A program made the position numbers and the translations under genes. The notes beneath the pieces are model-generated. The model searched no databases and was not told where the DNA came from. It saw only the letters and a program-made list of their open reading frames with translations. Below are positions 9,330 to 19,519 of a DNA stretch of 64,000 nucleotides, in pieces. Positions within the stretch are counted from its first letter, which is position 1. Every line of letters begins with the position of its first letter. This DNA is from Patescibacteria group bacterium (lineage in GTDB: Bacteria > Patescibacteriota > Patescibacteriia > JAQUQO01), in the NCBI GenBank assembly GCA_028716045.1, contig JAQUQO010000001.1, positions 192,942-256,941 on the forward strand, read 5' to 3'.

Positions 9330-9935
9330 ATGTTTTGTACATTACAGCCTGGAGACGTGACAAGTCTGCGGAATTACAAAAAGCTTTCTGATGTTCGCAA
9401 GGTAGTTCGCGGTCAAGCAAAAATCGTGTCCAAGGAGCCTCGTTGGCGCGAAAAAGACGGCGTTATCTATTTCTCGGTGACCTCTGACGGCACAACCGGC
9501 GAAGAGTGGATTAGACGCTTGATAAAGAAAGGCTTCCGTGTGAGCAACTATGCCGAGGACGTGTTATGCTCGTCGGACTTTAAGCCCACAAAAGGCGTCA
9601 CGACCGAGATTGCGGTGCTCAGGGGAAGGCTGTTCAATGACAACGAGCGCTTCACGAAGAATATTTGCGCCGAGGCAGACCGCCGCCACCTGACCGAACC
9701 CAACGCCGAAATCGCCTGTCTCATCCGCGAGATGTTTACGGATGGGGAGCTGGAAGCCATGGGGTTTCGGTGGATTGTTGCCATGCACAAACCCATCAAA
9801 GATTCCTTTGGCATTCAGCGCCTTCTGAGTGTGCACCAGCACGATGATGGTTGTTGGTTGCGTACGTGCTCCGACAGTCGTGGCGACAAGTGGGGTCGTG
9901 ACGATGGTTTCGCGTTCGTTGTCCGCAAGTGGTAG
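9330..9935 (+). CDS. Hypothetical protein resembling CPR DGR-type variable proteins; start uncertain
   Basis: Visibly GC-richer than flanks; C-terminus ..WLRTCSDSRGDKWGRDDGFAFVVRK. Confidence 0.6.
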   Translation: MFCTLQPGDVTSLRNYKKLSDVRKVVRGQAKIVSKEPRWREKDGVIYFSVTSDGTTGEEWIRRLIKKGFRVSNYAEDVLCSSDFKPTKGVTTEIAVLRGRLFNDNERFTKNICAEADRRHLTEPNAEIACLIREMFTDGELEAMGFRWIVAMHKPIKDSFGIQRLLSVHQHDDGCWLRTCSDSRGDKWGRDDGFAFVVRKW

Positions 9936-9994
9936 TTCTTTGGGCTAGTTCTTTAGGCCCCTAATGCGCAGTTTAAAGAAGGAAAAATTTTATT

Positions 9995-10025
9995 AAAAAA
10001 CCGCTTGATAATTTGAGCGGTTTTT
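9995..10025. terminator. Bidirectional terminator
   Basis: A6 CCGCTTGA..TTGAGCGG T5 between convergent genes. Confidence 0.7.
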
Positions 10026-10038
10026 ATTATTTTATTTT

Positions 10039-10473
10039 TTATCTCAATAGCATCCACCAATAAGTGACGATAAATCCTAAGGCCAATCCGGCAGTGATTT
10101 CCAGCGGCGTATGGCCCAAGCGGGTGGTGATTTCCGGAAATTGACTTTTATCTCTGACGTCTGCGATTAATTTTTTAAGAACTATGCCGTGATAACCCAC
10201 GCGGCGGCGCAGTCCGGCGGCGTCGCGGATAACGAGAATGGCAAAAATCAGGGCAATGGCAAAGGTAGTGGAATTAAGGCCGTCGGCAATTCCTACCCCG
10301 GTGACCAGCGCTCCGACAAAAGCGGCGTGGGAAGAAGGCATTCCGCCGTAGACAAACGGGTCTTTCCAGGTTTTTTTGCCCTGGATTGTTTCAATTAAAA
10401 TTTTTAATACTTGCGCGCCGAAACCAGCGATTAAGGTGGCGATTAAAATGTCGTACATAATTAGTATTTTCAA
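10039..10473 (-). CDS. Divergent PAP2 family protein (DUF212)
   Basis: AQVLK, GGMPSSHAA, DAAGLRRRVG, LGHTPLEI. Confidence 0.93.
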   Translation of the reverse strand: MKILIMYDILIATLIAGFGAQVLKILIETIQGKKTWKDPFVYGGMPSSHAAFVGALVTGVGIADGLNSTTFAIALIFAILVIRDAAGLRRRVGYHGIVLKKLIADVRDKSQFPEITTRLGHTPLEITAGLALGFIVTYWWMLLR

Positions 10474-11144
10474 TAATGTTTAAAAGTTTTTCTTAAGCAA
10501 CAAGCCGCGCCGACAACGATGGAGCCAAGGAGCAGCCAGTCAAAAATTTTCCACTGGCGGCCAAAATTAGGCGAGATGTAAGCCCCTAAAACGTTATTTT
10601 GTTTTTTAGTATTATTAATAAAGATGAAAGTGTCATTTTTTTGGGTAGAAGGTTTGGCAAAAATTTGAACCACCAAAATTGTTTGCTGGCCATCGATAAT
10701 ACCTTCAACTTTTGCAATTCCAGTTTCTTCAAATTCTGGGTTAAAGATATTTTGTTTATGAGCCGGACTATTAAGCCAGGTTTCCAGCAATTTATCTTCA
10801 GCGCGGAAATCCTGCGCTAAATTTTCTCCAGCTGATTCAAAATAATACTCTTCTTTTAATAGTTCATCAATGAAAGTTTGCCCTTTGGGCGATTGATGGG
10901 CGAAGTATTGCCTTTTAAACATATCTTCCGCCCGGGCCCGGGCGGCGCGGTTTAATTTTTCATTCTCTTGAAGCGGGGATAATCTGTTTTGGATTCTAAG
11001 GCCATTGATTGATGCCGTAAGATTTTGTTCTTTAACATCCGCTCTCGCGACTGGCGGGGATAAAAAAAGTATACCGCTTGAGTATACCAATAAGATTAGA
11101 GCAGGTAAAATTAATTTTAAAAATTGGCTGTTTTTGTTTTTCAT
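10470..11144 (-). CDS. CAP/SCP domain protein
   Basis: RAEDM..YFAHQSP, AGENLA, WLNSPAHKQNI. Confidence 0.93.
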   Translation of the reverse strand: MKNKNSQFLKLILPALILLVYSSGILFLSPPVARADVKEQNLTASINGLRIQNRLSPLQENEKLNRAARARAEDMFKRQYFAHQSPKGQTFIDELLKEEYYFESAGENLAQDFRAEDKLLETWLNSPAHKQNIFNPEFEETGIAKVEGIIDGQQTILVVQIFAKPSTQKNDTFIFINNTKKQNNVLGAYISPNFGRQWKIFDWLLLGSIVVGAACCLRKTFKHY

Positions 11145-11233
11145 TTTTGTTTTTTTATTCTTTCCCGCCGGATTCTTTGAATCTTTTTTGTTTTTCTATT
11201 ATAATTATAGCATAGCTAAGCCCAAAATACAAG

Positions 11234-12946
11234 ATGATTAATCAACAGCTGGCTCAAATTTTTTATAACGTCGCCGATTATTTAGAGATGGATGAAATAC
11301 CGTTTAAACCAAGGGCCTATGCCAAGGCCGCCCAGTTTTTAGAGTCCTTAGATGAAAGCGCGGAGGATGTTTATAACAGGGGCGGGGTTAAAGCGCTGGA
11401 AGCCCTGCCAGCCATCGGCGCGAGCATGGCTAGGAAGATTGAAGAATATATTAAAACCGGCAAGGTTAGGTATTATAATGATTTGCGTCGGCAGATACCC
11501 ATTAAAATTGAAGAACTTACTGCCGTTGAAGGCGTGGGGCCAAGGGTGGCCAAGGAGCTTTATCGTCGTCTAAAAATCACAGACCTTGCTTCGCTGGAAA
11601 AAGCGGCTCGGGCGGGGAAAATTCACCGCCTGCCGGGGTTTAAAGAAAAATCAGAAGAAAACATTTTGCGCGGTGTAGAATTTTTAAAAAAGAGCAAAGG
11701 GCGCAAGCTTTTGGGGCAGGCGTTGCCCTTGGCGAGAGAAATTGAGAGTCGTCTTAATAAATTAGGTTATGTTAAGAAAGCGGCCGTGGCGGGTTCAGTG
11801 CGCCGGCGCAAAGAGACTATCGGCGATTTTGATTTTGTCGCCGCTTCCGGCAATCCAGAAAAAGCGATGGATTTTTTTGTTTCTCTGCCAGAGGTGGCGG
11901 AGATTCACGATAAGGGTAAAACTTTGTCGTCCGTAAGATTAAATAATGGCCTGGATGCGGATTTGCGAGTAGTGCGGGAAAACCAGTATGGTTCAGTTTT
12001 ACATCATTTTACCGGTGATAAATACCACAATATCGCTTTGCGCAGTTTGGCTAAAAGCCGGGGCTTGAAAATCAGCGAGTACGGGGTGTTTCGCGGGAGC
12101 AAGTGTTTGGCGAGCAGAACTGAAAAAGATGTCTATGCCACCCTGGGTTTGCCTTATATTGAACCGGAATTGCGCGTGAATAACGGAGAAATAGAGGCCG
12201 CCGCTGCCGGCAAATTGCCCAAACTTATTTCCTATAAAGATATTCGCGGCGATTTACAGCTCCACACCAATTGGACCGACGGCCATAATTCTTTGGAAGA
12301 AATGGTGATGGCGGCGAAAAAAATCGGTTATGAATATATTGCCATCACCGACCATACCAAATATCTGGCCATGGCTAATGGGTTAGACGAGAAAAGAATT
12401 TTAAAATACATTGAGGCTATCAAGAAAATCAACCGGCGCTTGAGAGGGATGCGAGTTTTGGCGGGAGTGGAAGTCAATATTTTAAAAGACGGCAATTTGG
12501 ATATCGAGAATAGTGTGTTAAACAAATTGGATATAGTTTTAGCGGGAGTTCATTCGCATTTTAATCAAAGCGGAGAAGAGATGACCCGGCGGATGGAAAG
12601 AGCCATGCGTAATCCCAATGTTGATGTGATAGTTCATCCGAGCGGGCGAGTGCTTCAAAGGCGCGAGGGCTACGCGATGGACTGGCCGCGAGTTTTTAAA
12701 ACAGCCGAAAACACCGGAACGATTTTGGAAATCAACGCCCATTTTAACCGTTTGGATATGGAGGCGGAAAGAATCAGGGAAGCGGTGCGCGCTGGCGTGA
12801 AACTGGAAATCAGCACGGACGCTCATTCCGTTGACCATTTATGGTTTATGGAATTGGGCATCGCCGAAGCGCGCAAGGGCTGGGCGAGAAAAGAAGATGT
12901 CATTAATACTTATCCCTTGGGAGAAATGTTAAAATTATTAAAATAA
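11234..12946 (+). CDS. polX: DNA polymerase X with PHP domain
   Basis: FKPRAY, AGSVRRRKETIGDFD, HFTG, GDLQLHT, ITDH, STDAH. Confidence 0.96.
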   Translation: MINQQLAQIFYNVADYLEMDEIPFKPRAYAKAAQFLESLDESAEDVYNRGGVKALEALPAIGASMARKIEEYIKTGKVRYYNDLRRQIPIKIEELTAVEGVGPRVAKELYRRLKITDLASLEKAARAGKIHRLPGFKEKSEENILRGVEFLKKSKGRKLLGQALPLAREIESRLNKLGYVKKAAVAGSVRRRKETIGDFDFVAASGNPEKAMDFFVSLPEVAEIHDKGKTLSSVRLNNGLDADLRVVRENQYGSVLHHFTGDKYHNIALRSLAKSRGLKISEYGVFRGSKCLASRTEKDVYATLGLPYIEPELRVNNGEIEAAAAGKLPKLISYKDIRGDLQLHTNWTDGHNSLEEMVMAAKKIGYEYIAITDHTKYLAMANGLDEKRILKYIEAIKKINRRLRGMRVLAGVEVNILKDGNLDIENSVLNKLDIVLAGVHSHFNQSGEEMTRRMERAMRNPNVDVIVHPSGRVLQRREGYAMDWPRVFKTAENTGTILEINAHFNRLDMEAERIREAVRAGVKLEISTDAHSVDHLWFMELGIAEARKGWARKEDVINTYPLGEMLKLLK

Positions 12947-12953
12947 TTAAGAT

Positions 12954-14456
12954 ATGAATCAAAAAGAATATTCAGCCGGAGCGGTTATTTTTAGAAAAGC
13001 CAATAGTCGGAGAAAATATCTGCTTTTGTATTCCACGAATGGCTATTGGAGTTTGCCACGTGGGCATATAGAAAAAGGGGAAACGGACGTGGTGGCGGCG
13101 AAAAGAGAAATTCAGGAAGAGACAGGTTTAAAAAATCTAAAATTCATTTCCGGGTTTAAAGTTCGCGGCGGCTTTGTTAATAAGCAGAAAAATATTAATA
13201 AAGACATTGTATATTTTTTAGCCGAGACCAAAGAAAAAAATATTACGGTTTCTCCGCCGGAACACAAGGGGTATATTTGGGTTGATTATAAAGAGGCGAT
13301 GAGAAGAGCCGGGTATTCTAATACTAAAAATTTATTAAGGCAGGCGGAAGATTTTTTGAATAATCGCCGCGGCCAAATGAAACTCGTGATTATGGCCGGC
13401 GGCGGCGGCACGCGCTTATGGCCCATTTCCCGCATAAATTCTCCCAAACAAATCCATCCTCTAATCGGCAAAGACACCTTGCTTCAGGCGACCTGGAAGC
13501 GCGTGGCTGGTGATTTTAAAAAAGAAGATATTTTTGTTTCTTCCAATATAAAATACAGAGAATATATAAAAAGGCAGCTGCCGAATTTACATCTGGTCAA
13601 CCTGATTTTGGATCCGGAGAGAAAAGACACGGCCGCGGCTATTGGGCTGGCCGCTTTGAAGCTTTATCATGATAATCCGCGCAATATTTTAGTGACAGTT
13701 AATTCCGACGCCCATATTAAAAACTCCAAAGAGTATGTCAGAATTTTAAAGTTGACTGAACGGGTGGCAAGCGAGAATCCGGAACGAGCTGTTCTCGTTG
13801 GCATTAATCCGAGTTATCCCGAGACGGGTTATGGTTATATCAAGCTCGGTCGGCAGTGGAGAAAAATCGGTCAGGATGCGGTTTTTTACGGAGAGAAATT
13901 TGTGGAAAAGCCGGATCTGGAAACGGCTAAAAAATATTTTAAAAGATGGGATTATCTTTGGAACCCGGCAATTTTTGTTTTCAGGGTTGACCATCTATTG
14001 GACCTTTATGAAAAGCATTTGCCGGAAATGTATAATATATTGATGAATATCTATAAGGCCCTGGGCGGTCAAGATGAAGAAAAAATTATCAGAGAAGAGT
14101 TTCGGAAAATTAAACCGATTTCCTTTGATTACGGCATTATGGAAAAAATCGGTCAAGAAATGCTGGTGATACCGGCGGATTTCGGTTGGTCGGACGTGGG
14201 TCATTGGCGGACAATCAGAGATATTTTAGCCAAAAAAGAGGGGGAAAATGTCGCGAACGGAGAATATATCGGGATTGACAGCGGCGGGAATCTCGTTTTA
14301 AGTTTTAGCAAAAAATTAATTGCCACAGTGGGAGTTAAAAATCATATTATCGTGGAAACCGGCGACGCCATTTTAATCTGTCCGCAAGAACGGGCGCAGG
14401 AGGTGAAAAAGGTGGTGGCAGAACTAAAAAAACAAAAACTTAAAAAATATTTATAA
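12954..14456 (+). CDS. NUDIX hydrolase fused to mannose-1-phosphate guanylyltransferase
   Basis: Nudix box GHIEKGETDVVAAKREIQEETGL; from Met 13377 IMAGGGGTRLWPISR..PKQ, ETGYGYI, FVEKP, WSDVG. Confidence 0.9.
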   Translation: MNQKEYSAGAVIFRKANSRRKYLLLYSTNGYWSLPRGHIEKGETDVVAAKREIQEETGLKNLKFISGFKVRGGFVNKQKNINKDIVYFLAETKEKNITVSPPEHKGYIWVDYKEAMRRAGYSNTKNLLRQAEDFLNNRRGQMKLVIMAGGGGTRLWPISRINSPKQIHPLIGKDTLLQATWKRVAGDFKKEDIFVSSNIKYREYIKRQLPNLHLVNLILDPERKDTAAAIGLAALKLYHDNPRNILVTVNSDAHIKNSKEYVRILKLTERVASENPERAVLVGINPSYPETGYGYIKLGRQWRKIGQDAVFYGEKFVEKPDLETAKKYFKRWDYLWNPAIFVFRVDHLLDLYEKHLPEMYNILMNIYKALGGQDEEKIIREEFRKIKPISFDYGIMEKIGQEMLVIPADFGWSDVGHWRTIRDILAKKEGENVANGEYIGIDSGGNLVLSFSKKLIATVGVKNHIIVETGDAILICPQERAQEVKKVVAELKKQKLKKYL

Positions 14457-14463
14457 AATTTTT

Positions 14464-15465
14464 ATGAAGTTTTTAGCCAAGCTTGGGCGGATTATTTTTA
14501 TCTTCGCGGTTCTTTCCATCATTTACGGACTCATTTTAATTTATGCGCCGTCACGTCCCGGGGAGGAGGCAAGTTTTATGATTAAGGAAGGCAGCGGAGT
14601 TAACAAAATTAGCCAAGATTTAAGTAACGCTGGGCTTGTCAGAAGCAAGCTTGTTTTTGAATTTTTTATTTGGGCGAAGGGGTTGGAAACAAATATCCAG
14701 GCCGGCGAGCATCGCTTAAACAAGGGATTAAGCATAAAAGAATTGACCAGCAAATTGGTTTCAGGGAGTTCTTTAAGCAATGAGCGTGTCATCACTTTAA
14801 TTGAGGGCTGGACTTTGCGTGATATCGGAGAATATCTTGAAAAAGAAGGAATTTCCAGGGCAGAGGATTTTTATAAATCCGCAGAAGCTGATTTGAGCGG
14901 CGAGTATGATTTTTTATCAAGCAAACCCACGGGCGTGGGTCTGGAAGGATATGTTTTTCCGGATACTTACAGAATTTATAAAAATTCCTCCGCGGAAGAG
15001 GTTATTAAAAAAGCGCTTAATAATTTGGGGCAAAAATTAACTACGGAACTTCAGGGGCAAATAAAGAATCAAGGCAAAACCGTTCACGAAATTATGACGC
15101 TGGCGAGTATTATTGAAAAAGAAGTTAAAAGCGACGCGGATAAAAAAATGGTCGCTTATCTTTTTGGTCGGCGGTTAAAAATCGGTATGCCGTTGCAATC
15201 CGATGCCACCGTCAATTACATCACTCATAAAAATACGGAGAGGCCGACATACGATGATATTAATATCGCCTCTCCTTACAATACCTATCGTTATCGCGGT
15301 TTACCCCCGGGGCCGATTTGCAACCCGGGTTTAGCGGCCATTGAAGCTGCGATTAACCCGACGCCGAATGACTATTGGTATTTTTTAACGACGCCCGATG
15401 ACAAAGTTATTTACAGCGTCACTTACGAAGAGCACTTGGCTAATAAAAGTAGATATTTAAAATAA
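14464..15465 (+). CDS. mltG: Endolytic transglycosylase
   Basis: EGYVFPDTY, LASIIEKE, LQSDATV, SPYNTY..GLPPGPICNPG. Confidence 0.97.
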   Translation: MKFLAKLGRIIFIFAVLSIIYGLILIYAPSRPGEEASFMIKEGSGVNKISQDLSNAGLVRSKLVFEFFIWAKGLETNIQAGEHRLNKGLSIKELTSKLVSGSSLSNERVITLIEGWTLRDIGEYLEKEGISRAEDFYKSAEADLSGEYDFLSSKPTGVGLEGYVFPDTYRIYKNSSAEEVIKKALNNLGQKLTTELQGQIKNQGKTVHEIMTLASIIEKEVKSDADKKMVAYLFGRRLKIGMPLQSDATVNYITHKNTERPTYDDINIASPYNTYRYRGLPPGPICNPGLAAIEAAINPTPNDYWYFLTTPDDKVIYSVTYEEHLANKSRYLK

Positions 15466-15480
15466 GGAGCTAGAATTAAA

Positions 15481-15509
15481 AAAGACCGCCGAATATTCGG
15501 AGGTCTTTT
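15481..15509. terminator. Bidirectional terminator
   Basis: AAAGACC.CCGAA..TTCGG.GGTCTTTT. Confidence 0.65.
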
Positions 15510-15520
15510 GTTTTTTGAAG

Positions 15521-16981
15521 TTAAAAAGCGAAAAATGCCATTAGACGGAATTCTTTGGGCTGGAATTGATTTAAAAAATCAAGTCCTAGTGCCGCTTCAA
15601 GCATGGGCAAGTTTTTGGATATCTTGAAAAGCAATCTTGGCCCTAGTGTTCCGCTTATACCCCTGTCTTTTTCTTGGGCGAAAGGTGTCCAGTTGTTGCA
15701 GATGCCAAATCCGGCGGCAATTGGTGTGGTGAAAAAGTAGTGAAGAGCAAATTCTTGTGAGAGGGCGTGTTGTGCTTTTTCCTTAAAATTCAGAAAATAT
15801 TTGTTGATAGACCAGATATTCACCCCCTCTTTCTCTCCGATTATTTTAAATCCGGCTACTCCCGTATTAAGCGAGAGCTTTTCTTCTGTGCTGATTTTTC
15901 CGCCAATCTCCGGTTTAAACGAGAAACCGTTAACGGTAAATCGCGGTCCACCTAGCAAGTTTATTGAGTTTCCTGTGAGTTGAAAGGCGGCGTTAGTTTG
16001 CCATGATTTCTCGGAGTGCTCATATTGGAAAGACATGGCATTGCCATTGCCACTACCAGAAAACACGGTGGTGATTACATCGTCGGCATAGGCGAAGATG
16101 GGAGATAAAAGTGTTGAGAAAAGGGAAGTGACGGTTATTGCTGTACGGGCTTGAGTTTTTGCTAATTCGGGTACTTTAGTTGCTTCTTCAACAACTTTGT
16201 CAATTCTTTCTAATGGGACCCTTGCGATTTCTTCCGCTAACAAAACTTCTTCTTTGGAGCATCCCCACGGCAATTTGTCAGGGAACATTTTGCTTAATAA
16301 GGAGTTTATCTTTTTCTCTAAAGTCGGAGTTCCATCCGGGTAGAACGATAGCCCAAGTATCCAGACGATTGAAGCTAGCATAATCTTCTGCGGAGCCAGT
16401 ATTAGTTCTTCTTTCAGGGAATAGCGTTCAGAATAAAAAAGTCGGCAACAAAGTATCAGAAAAGCGAAAGGAATAAAACATAAATACCACCAGCCTATAG
16501 TTTTAAGTATGCCGTCGCTAACCCTCGGTACGATCTCTAGTTTTTCCCTTGCTATGGCAATGTCATTATACATTTTCCACCAGTTATTGCCATTCTCCAT
16601 AGAAGCCTCGTAATTTTTTTTAAGTCGGTCAAGGGAAGTATCCGCAAGATAATTTACATATGCTATAGATTTTTTGTAGTAGAGATTTCCCTGCGGTAGC
16701 GTCATGTAGCCCTCGAGGTATTTCAACTCACTTTCCGTTTTTCTCAGGTCGTAAATATCTTGAGCAAAAATTTCGGCAGTGTAACTTTCTTTTTTGACGT
16801 TATTTTGAACGCGCTCAAAAAGTTTTTCTGCCTGGATAATGGTTTCGCCGGCCTCGGCGATTTTTTCTTCGCGGATTTTTTGGTTTTCCTTTATACGATT
16901 CGAAATTTCACCCCAAGGAATCATAATTATAAGAAATATTCCAAACAAAATCCAGGAAACAATTTTTTCTTTTTGGTTCAT
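15521..16981 (-). CDS. Hypothetical membrane protein with beta-rich C-terminal domain
   Basis: 486 aa, several TM segments, SD GAGGTG. Confidence 0.75.
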   Translation of the reverse strand: MNQKEKIVSWILFGIFLIIMIPWGEISNRIKENQKIREEKIAEAGETIIQAEKLFERVQNNVKKESYTAEIFAQDIYDLRKTESELKYLEGYMTLPQGNLYYKKSIAYVNYLADTSLDRLKKNYEASMENGNNWWKMYNDIAIAREKLEIVPRVSDGILKTIGWWYLCFIPFAFLILCCRLFYSERYSLKEELILAPQKIMLASIVWILGLSFYPDGTPTLEKKINSLLSKMFPDKLPWGCSKEEVLLAEEIARVPLERIDKVVEEATKVPELAKTQARTAITVTSLFSTLLSPIFAYADDVITTVFSGSGNGNAMSFQYEHSEKSWQTNAAFQLTGNSINLLGGPRFTVNGFSFKPEIGGKISTEEKLSLNTGVAGFKIIGEKEGVNIWSINKYFLNFKEKAQHALSQEFALHYFFTTPIAAGFGICNNWTPFAQEKDRGISGTLGPRLLFKISKNLPMLEAALGLDFLNQFQPKEFRLMAFFAF

Positions 16982-17141
16982 TTCTCACCTCTTTATGTTG
17001 GTTGTTAAAGTTCAAGTTTCATTATATTTTGGCATAATAGTGAAATTTTGTCAACACCTTCTTGACATTTTTTCGGTTTTGGTATAAATTGTAGAGATTT
17101 CTTTGAAAATTGAATAACAATCAAAATAAGGAGGGTTAAGA

Positions 17142-18278
17142 ATGGAAATAGTCGTTAGAACTGCTTACGGTGAAAAGAAATTTGACGCTGTGTCTTTGGA
17201 AAATACCAACATTTTTGCTGTTATTAAGCCCCGGGCGATTAAAAACGGGGGAGAGACGATTGAGATAGGGCGGGGGACTATTTTAATACCAAATTTGGGT
17301 AATTATCAATTTTTTCCTTACGGAGCTTATGAGGCCTTACGCAGTAAGAGGACGGCGGTGATTGGTTATGGTAAGACAAAACTGAGCGGCGGAGAGAAGA
17401 AAGAATTGGGAGATATTATAAATGATTTACGCGAAGCGGTTGCGGATATTTTGCGATTTTCCTCGCTATCCGATGAAGAAAAAGAAAAAATCAATAAATC
17501 CATAGAGAATCTCTACCTCCGTCTGTCAAAATCCCGCAATCTTTTAAAGAATGAGGCGAGGGATTATATAGAAAAGAGCTTTGACGTAATTGACAGCTTA
17601 GGGAGAATTAATCCTTCGGCGACTAGCGCTAAACTTTCGGCGGCCCGGGCGCGTCTTGAAGCGAGAATCAAGGAAGTTTACCGAATCTCCGAAAAACTTC
17701 ATTTTTGGGAGACAATTCTTCTCCAAACCATTAAAGAGTCAGTCGGGGTTTTTGACGAAACCGAACAGTTTACTTCCCGCATCTTAAATTCCAAAGAAGC
17801 AGAATTTTTTTCCGGACAGAAAGAAATAATTGAGGATTTGAGAAAATTTAAAGCCCAGCTTGATAATATAAAAGTAGCGCCTTTTTCCGCTACTGCTTAT
17901 TATTGCGAACTGGATTTATCGGGGGCTTTATCAGCTTTTCTCAATGAAGATTACGAAGGATTCCGCCAGAAAATTTCTCTGACCCGCAATGGCGCGCTAT
18001 GCAAATTGCGCCAGCGCGATTTAGAACGGATAATCTGGTGGTTTAAGGGCGAGAATTTAAAGGGCATTGAAAACCGCAAAGAATTTTTTCTCCAAGCGAA
18101 AGAGAAAGTGAAAGAATTTGAAAAAGGAATCAAGGGCAAGATAAGCGACGAAGGATTTATAAAGAAAGTTTTTACAGTTTCTTTCTGGAACAGGTTTGAT
18201 TCCGTTTATGAATTTTTAAGCCAGCACGATTTTGAAACTGCTTACGGCTATCTCAAATCAATTTCCCACGACCTTTAA
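17142..18278 (+). CDS. Hypothetical helical protein
   Basis: 378 aa ORF with SD, upstream TTGACA (17062) and downstream terminator. Confidence 0.75.
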   Translation: MEIVVRTAYGEKKFDAVSLENTNIFAVIKPRAIKNGGETIEIGRGTILIPNLGNYQFFPYGAYEALRSKRTAVIGYGKTKLSGGEKKELGDIINDLREAVADILRFSSLSDEEKEKINKSIENLYLRLSKSRNLLKNEARDYIEKSFDVIDSLGRINPSATSAKLSAARARLEARIKEVYRISEKLHFWETILLQTIKESVGVFDETEQFTSRILNSKEAEFFSGQKEIIEDLRKFKAQLDNIKVAPFSATAYYCELDLSGALSAFLNEDYEGFRQKISLTRNGALCKLRQRDLERIIWWFKGENLKGIENRKEFFLQAKEKVKEFEKGIKGKISDEGFIKKVFTVSFWNRFDSVYEFLSQHDFETAYGYLKSISHDL

Positions 18279-18286
18279 AAAACGCT

Positions 18287-18321
18287 AACCCCGTTGCCGA
18301 ATAAATTCGGAACGGGGTTTT
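18287..18321 (+). terminator. Intrinsic terminator
   Basis: AACCCCGTT.CCGAA..TTCGGAACGGGGTTTT. Confidence 0.7.
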
Positions 18322-18385
18322 ATTGACTTTTTTTTGAAGCCGGGTTAAGATGAACAGAAGTTTTTATTTATAAGCGAATATCTTT

Positions 18386-19432
18386 ATGTATTTAAAAACA
18401 GCGGAAAGCGTGACGGAAGGCCATCCCGACAAGGTTTGCGACCAGATATCCGACGCCATTTTAGACGCCTGTTTGAGGCAGGACCCGAACTCGCGCGTGG
18501 CGGTGGAAACTTTTGGCGCCCACGGTCTTTTGGTAATCGGCGGGGAAGTGACGAGTGAGGCGAATTTTAATCCAGAACAGATTGCTCGGGAGGTTTATAA
18601 AAAAATCGGTTATAACGATGAGCTGGAAGTTATTTCTCATATTGTTCAGCAGTCGCCGGAGATTGGTCGGGGGGTTGATTTTGGCGGAGCGGGGGACCAG
18701 GGGATTATGTATGGTTATGCGACCATGGAGACGGGGGAGTATTTGCCAAAGTCGATAATTTTAGCTCATAATTTAGCTCGCCGTTTGGCTTATTTGCGAA
18801 GAAATGACCCGGAGTTTTTTTGGTTACGGCCGGACGGGAAAACTCAAGCCACTTTTGCCGACGGGAAAATTAAAACAGTTTTGGTTTCCACCCAGCATGA
18901 AGATAATATGAGTCAGGGTGATATTAGAGAAAAACTAATCAAGGGTTTGATAGAGCCGTTAGTTGGCGATTTGTCCGAGATTGAAATTTTGATAAACCCC
19001 AGCGGCAGTTTTGTCACCGGAGGTTTTATGGCTGATACCGGACTCACTGGCAGAAAAATAATGGTAGATACTTACGGTGGGCTTTTGCCTCACGGTGGCG
19101 GGGCTTTTTCCGGCAAAGACCCCTCCAAGGTTGACAGAAGCGCCGCTTATATGTGCCGCTTTGCCGCTAAAAATATAGTGGCCAGTGGGTTGGCCAAAAG
19201 TTGTCTTGTTTCAGTAGCCTATGCTATCGGCAAAGAAGACCCTTTGATGCTTGTGGCTAAAACTTCCGGCGGCCAAGATTTGACGGAAGTTCTTAAGAAA
19301 AATTTTGACTTTAGGCCAAGAGCAATTATTGAAAGGTTAGGGTTAAGAAGACCAATCTATCAACCCACAGCCGCTTATGGCCACTTTACCAATGCGGCCT
19401 ATCCCTGGGAAGAAATAGTGGGATTAAAATAA
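18386..19432 (+). CDS. metK: S-adenosylmethionine synthetase
   Basis: ESVTEGHPDK, GAGDQG, GLTGRKIMVDTYGG, GGGAFSGKDPSKVDRS. Confidence 0.98.
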   Translation: MYLKTAESVTEGHPDKVCDQISDAILDACLRQDPNSRVAVETFGAHGLLVIGGEVTSEANFNPEQIAREVYKKIGYNDELEVISHIVQQSPEIGRGVDFGGAGDQGIMYGYATMETGEYLPKSIILAHNLARRLAYLRRNDPEFFWLRPDGKTQATFADGKIKTVLVSTQHEDNMSQGDIREKLIKGLIEPLVGDLSEIEILINPSGSFVTGGFMADTGLTGRKIMVDTYGGLLPHGGGAFSGKDPSKVDRSAAYMCRFAAKNIVASGLAKSCLVSVAYAIGKEDPLMLVAKTSGGQDLTEVLKKNFDFRPRAIIERLGLRRPIYQPTAAYGHFTNAAYPWEEIVGLK

Positions 19433-19441
19433 GATATTACT

Positions 19442-19477
19442 AAAAAAATCTCCCCCGTTAAACGGGGGAGATTTTTT
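19442..19477 (+). terminator. metK terminator
   Basis: AAAATCTCCCCCGTT a AACGGGGGAGATTTT. Confidence 0.8.
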
Positions 19478-19519
19478 ATATTTTACCCTTGAACCCTTGA
19501 TGCTGAAAGTGTTCAGGGT

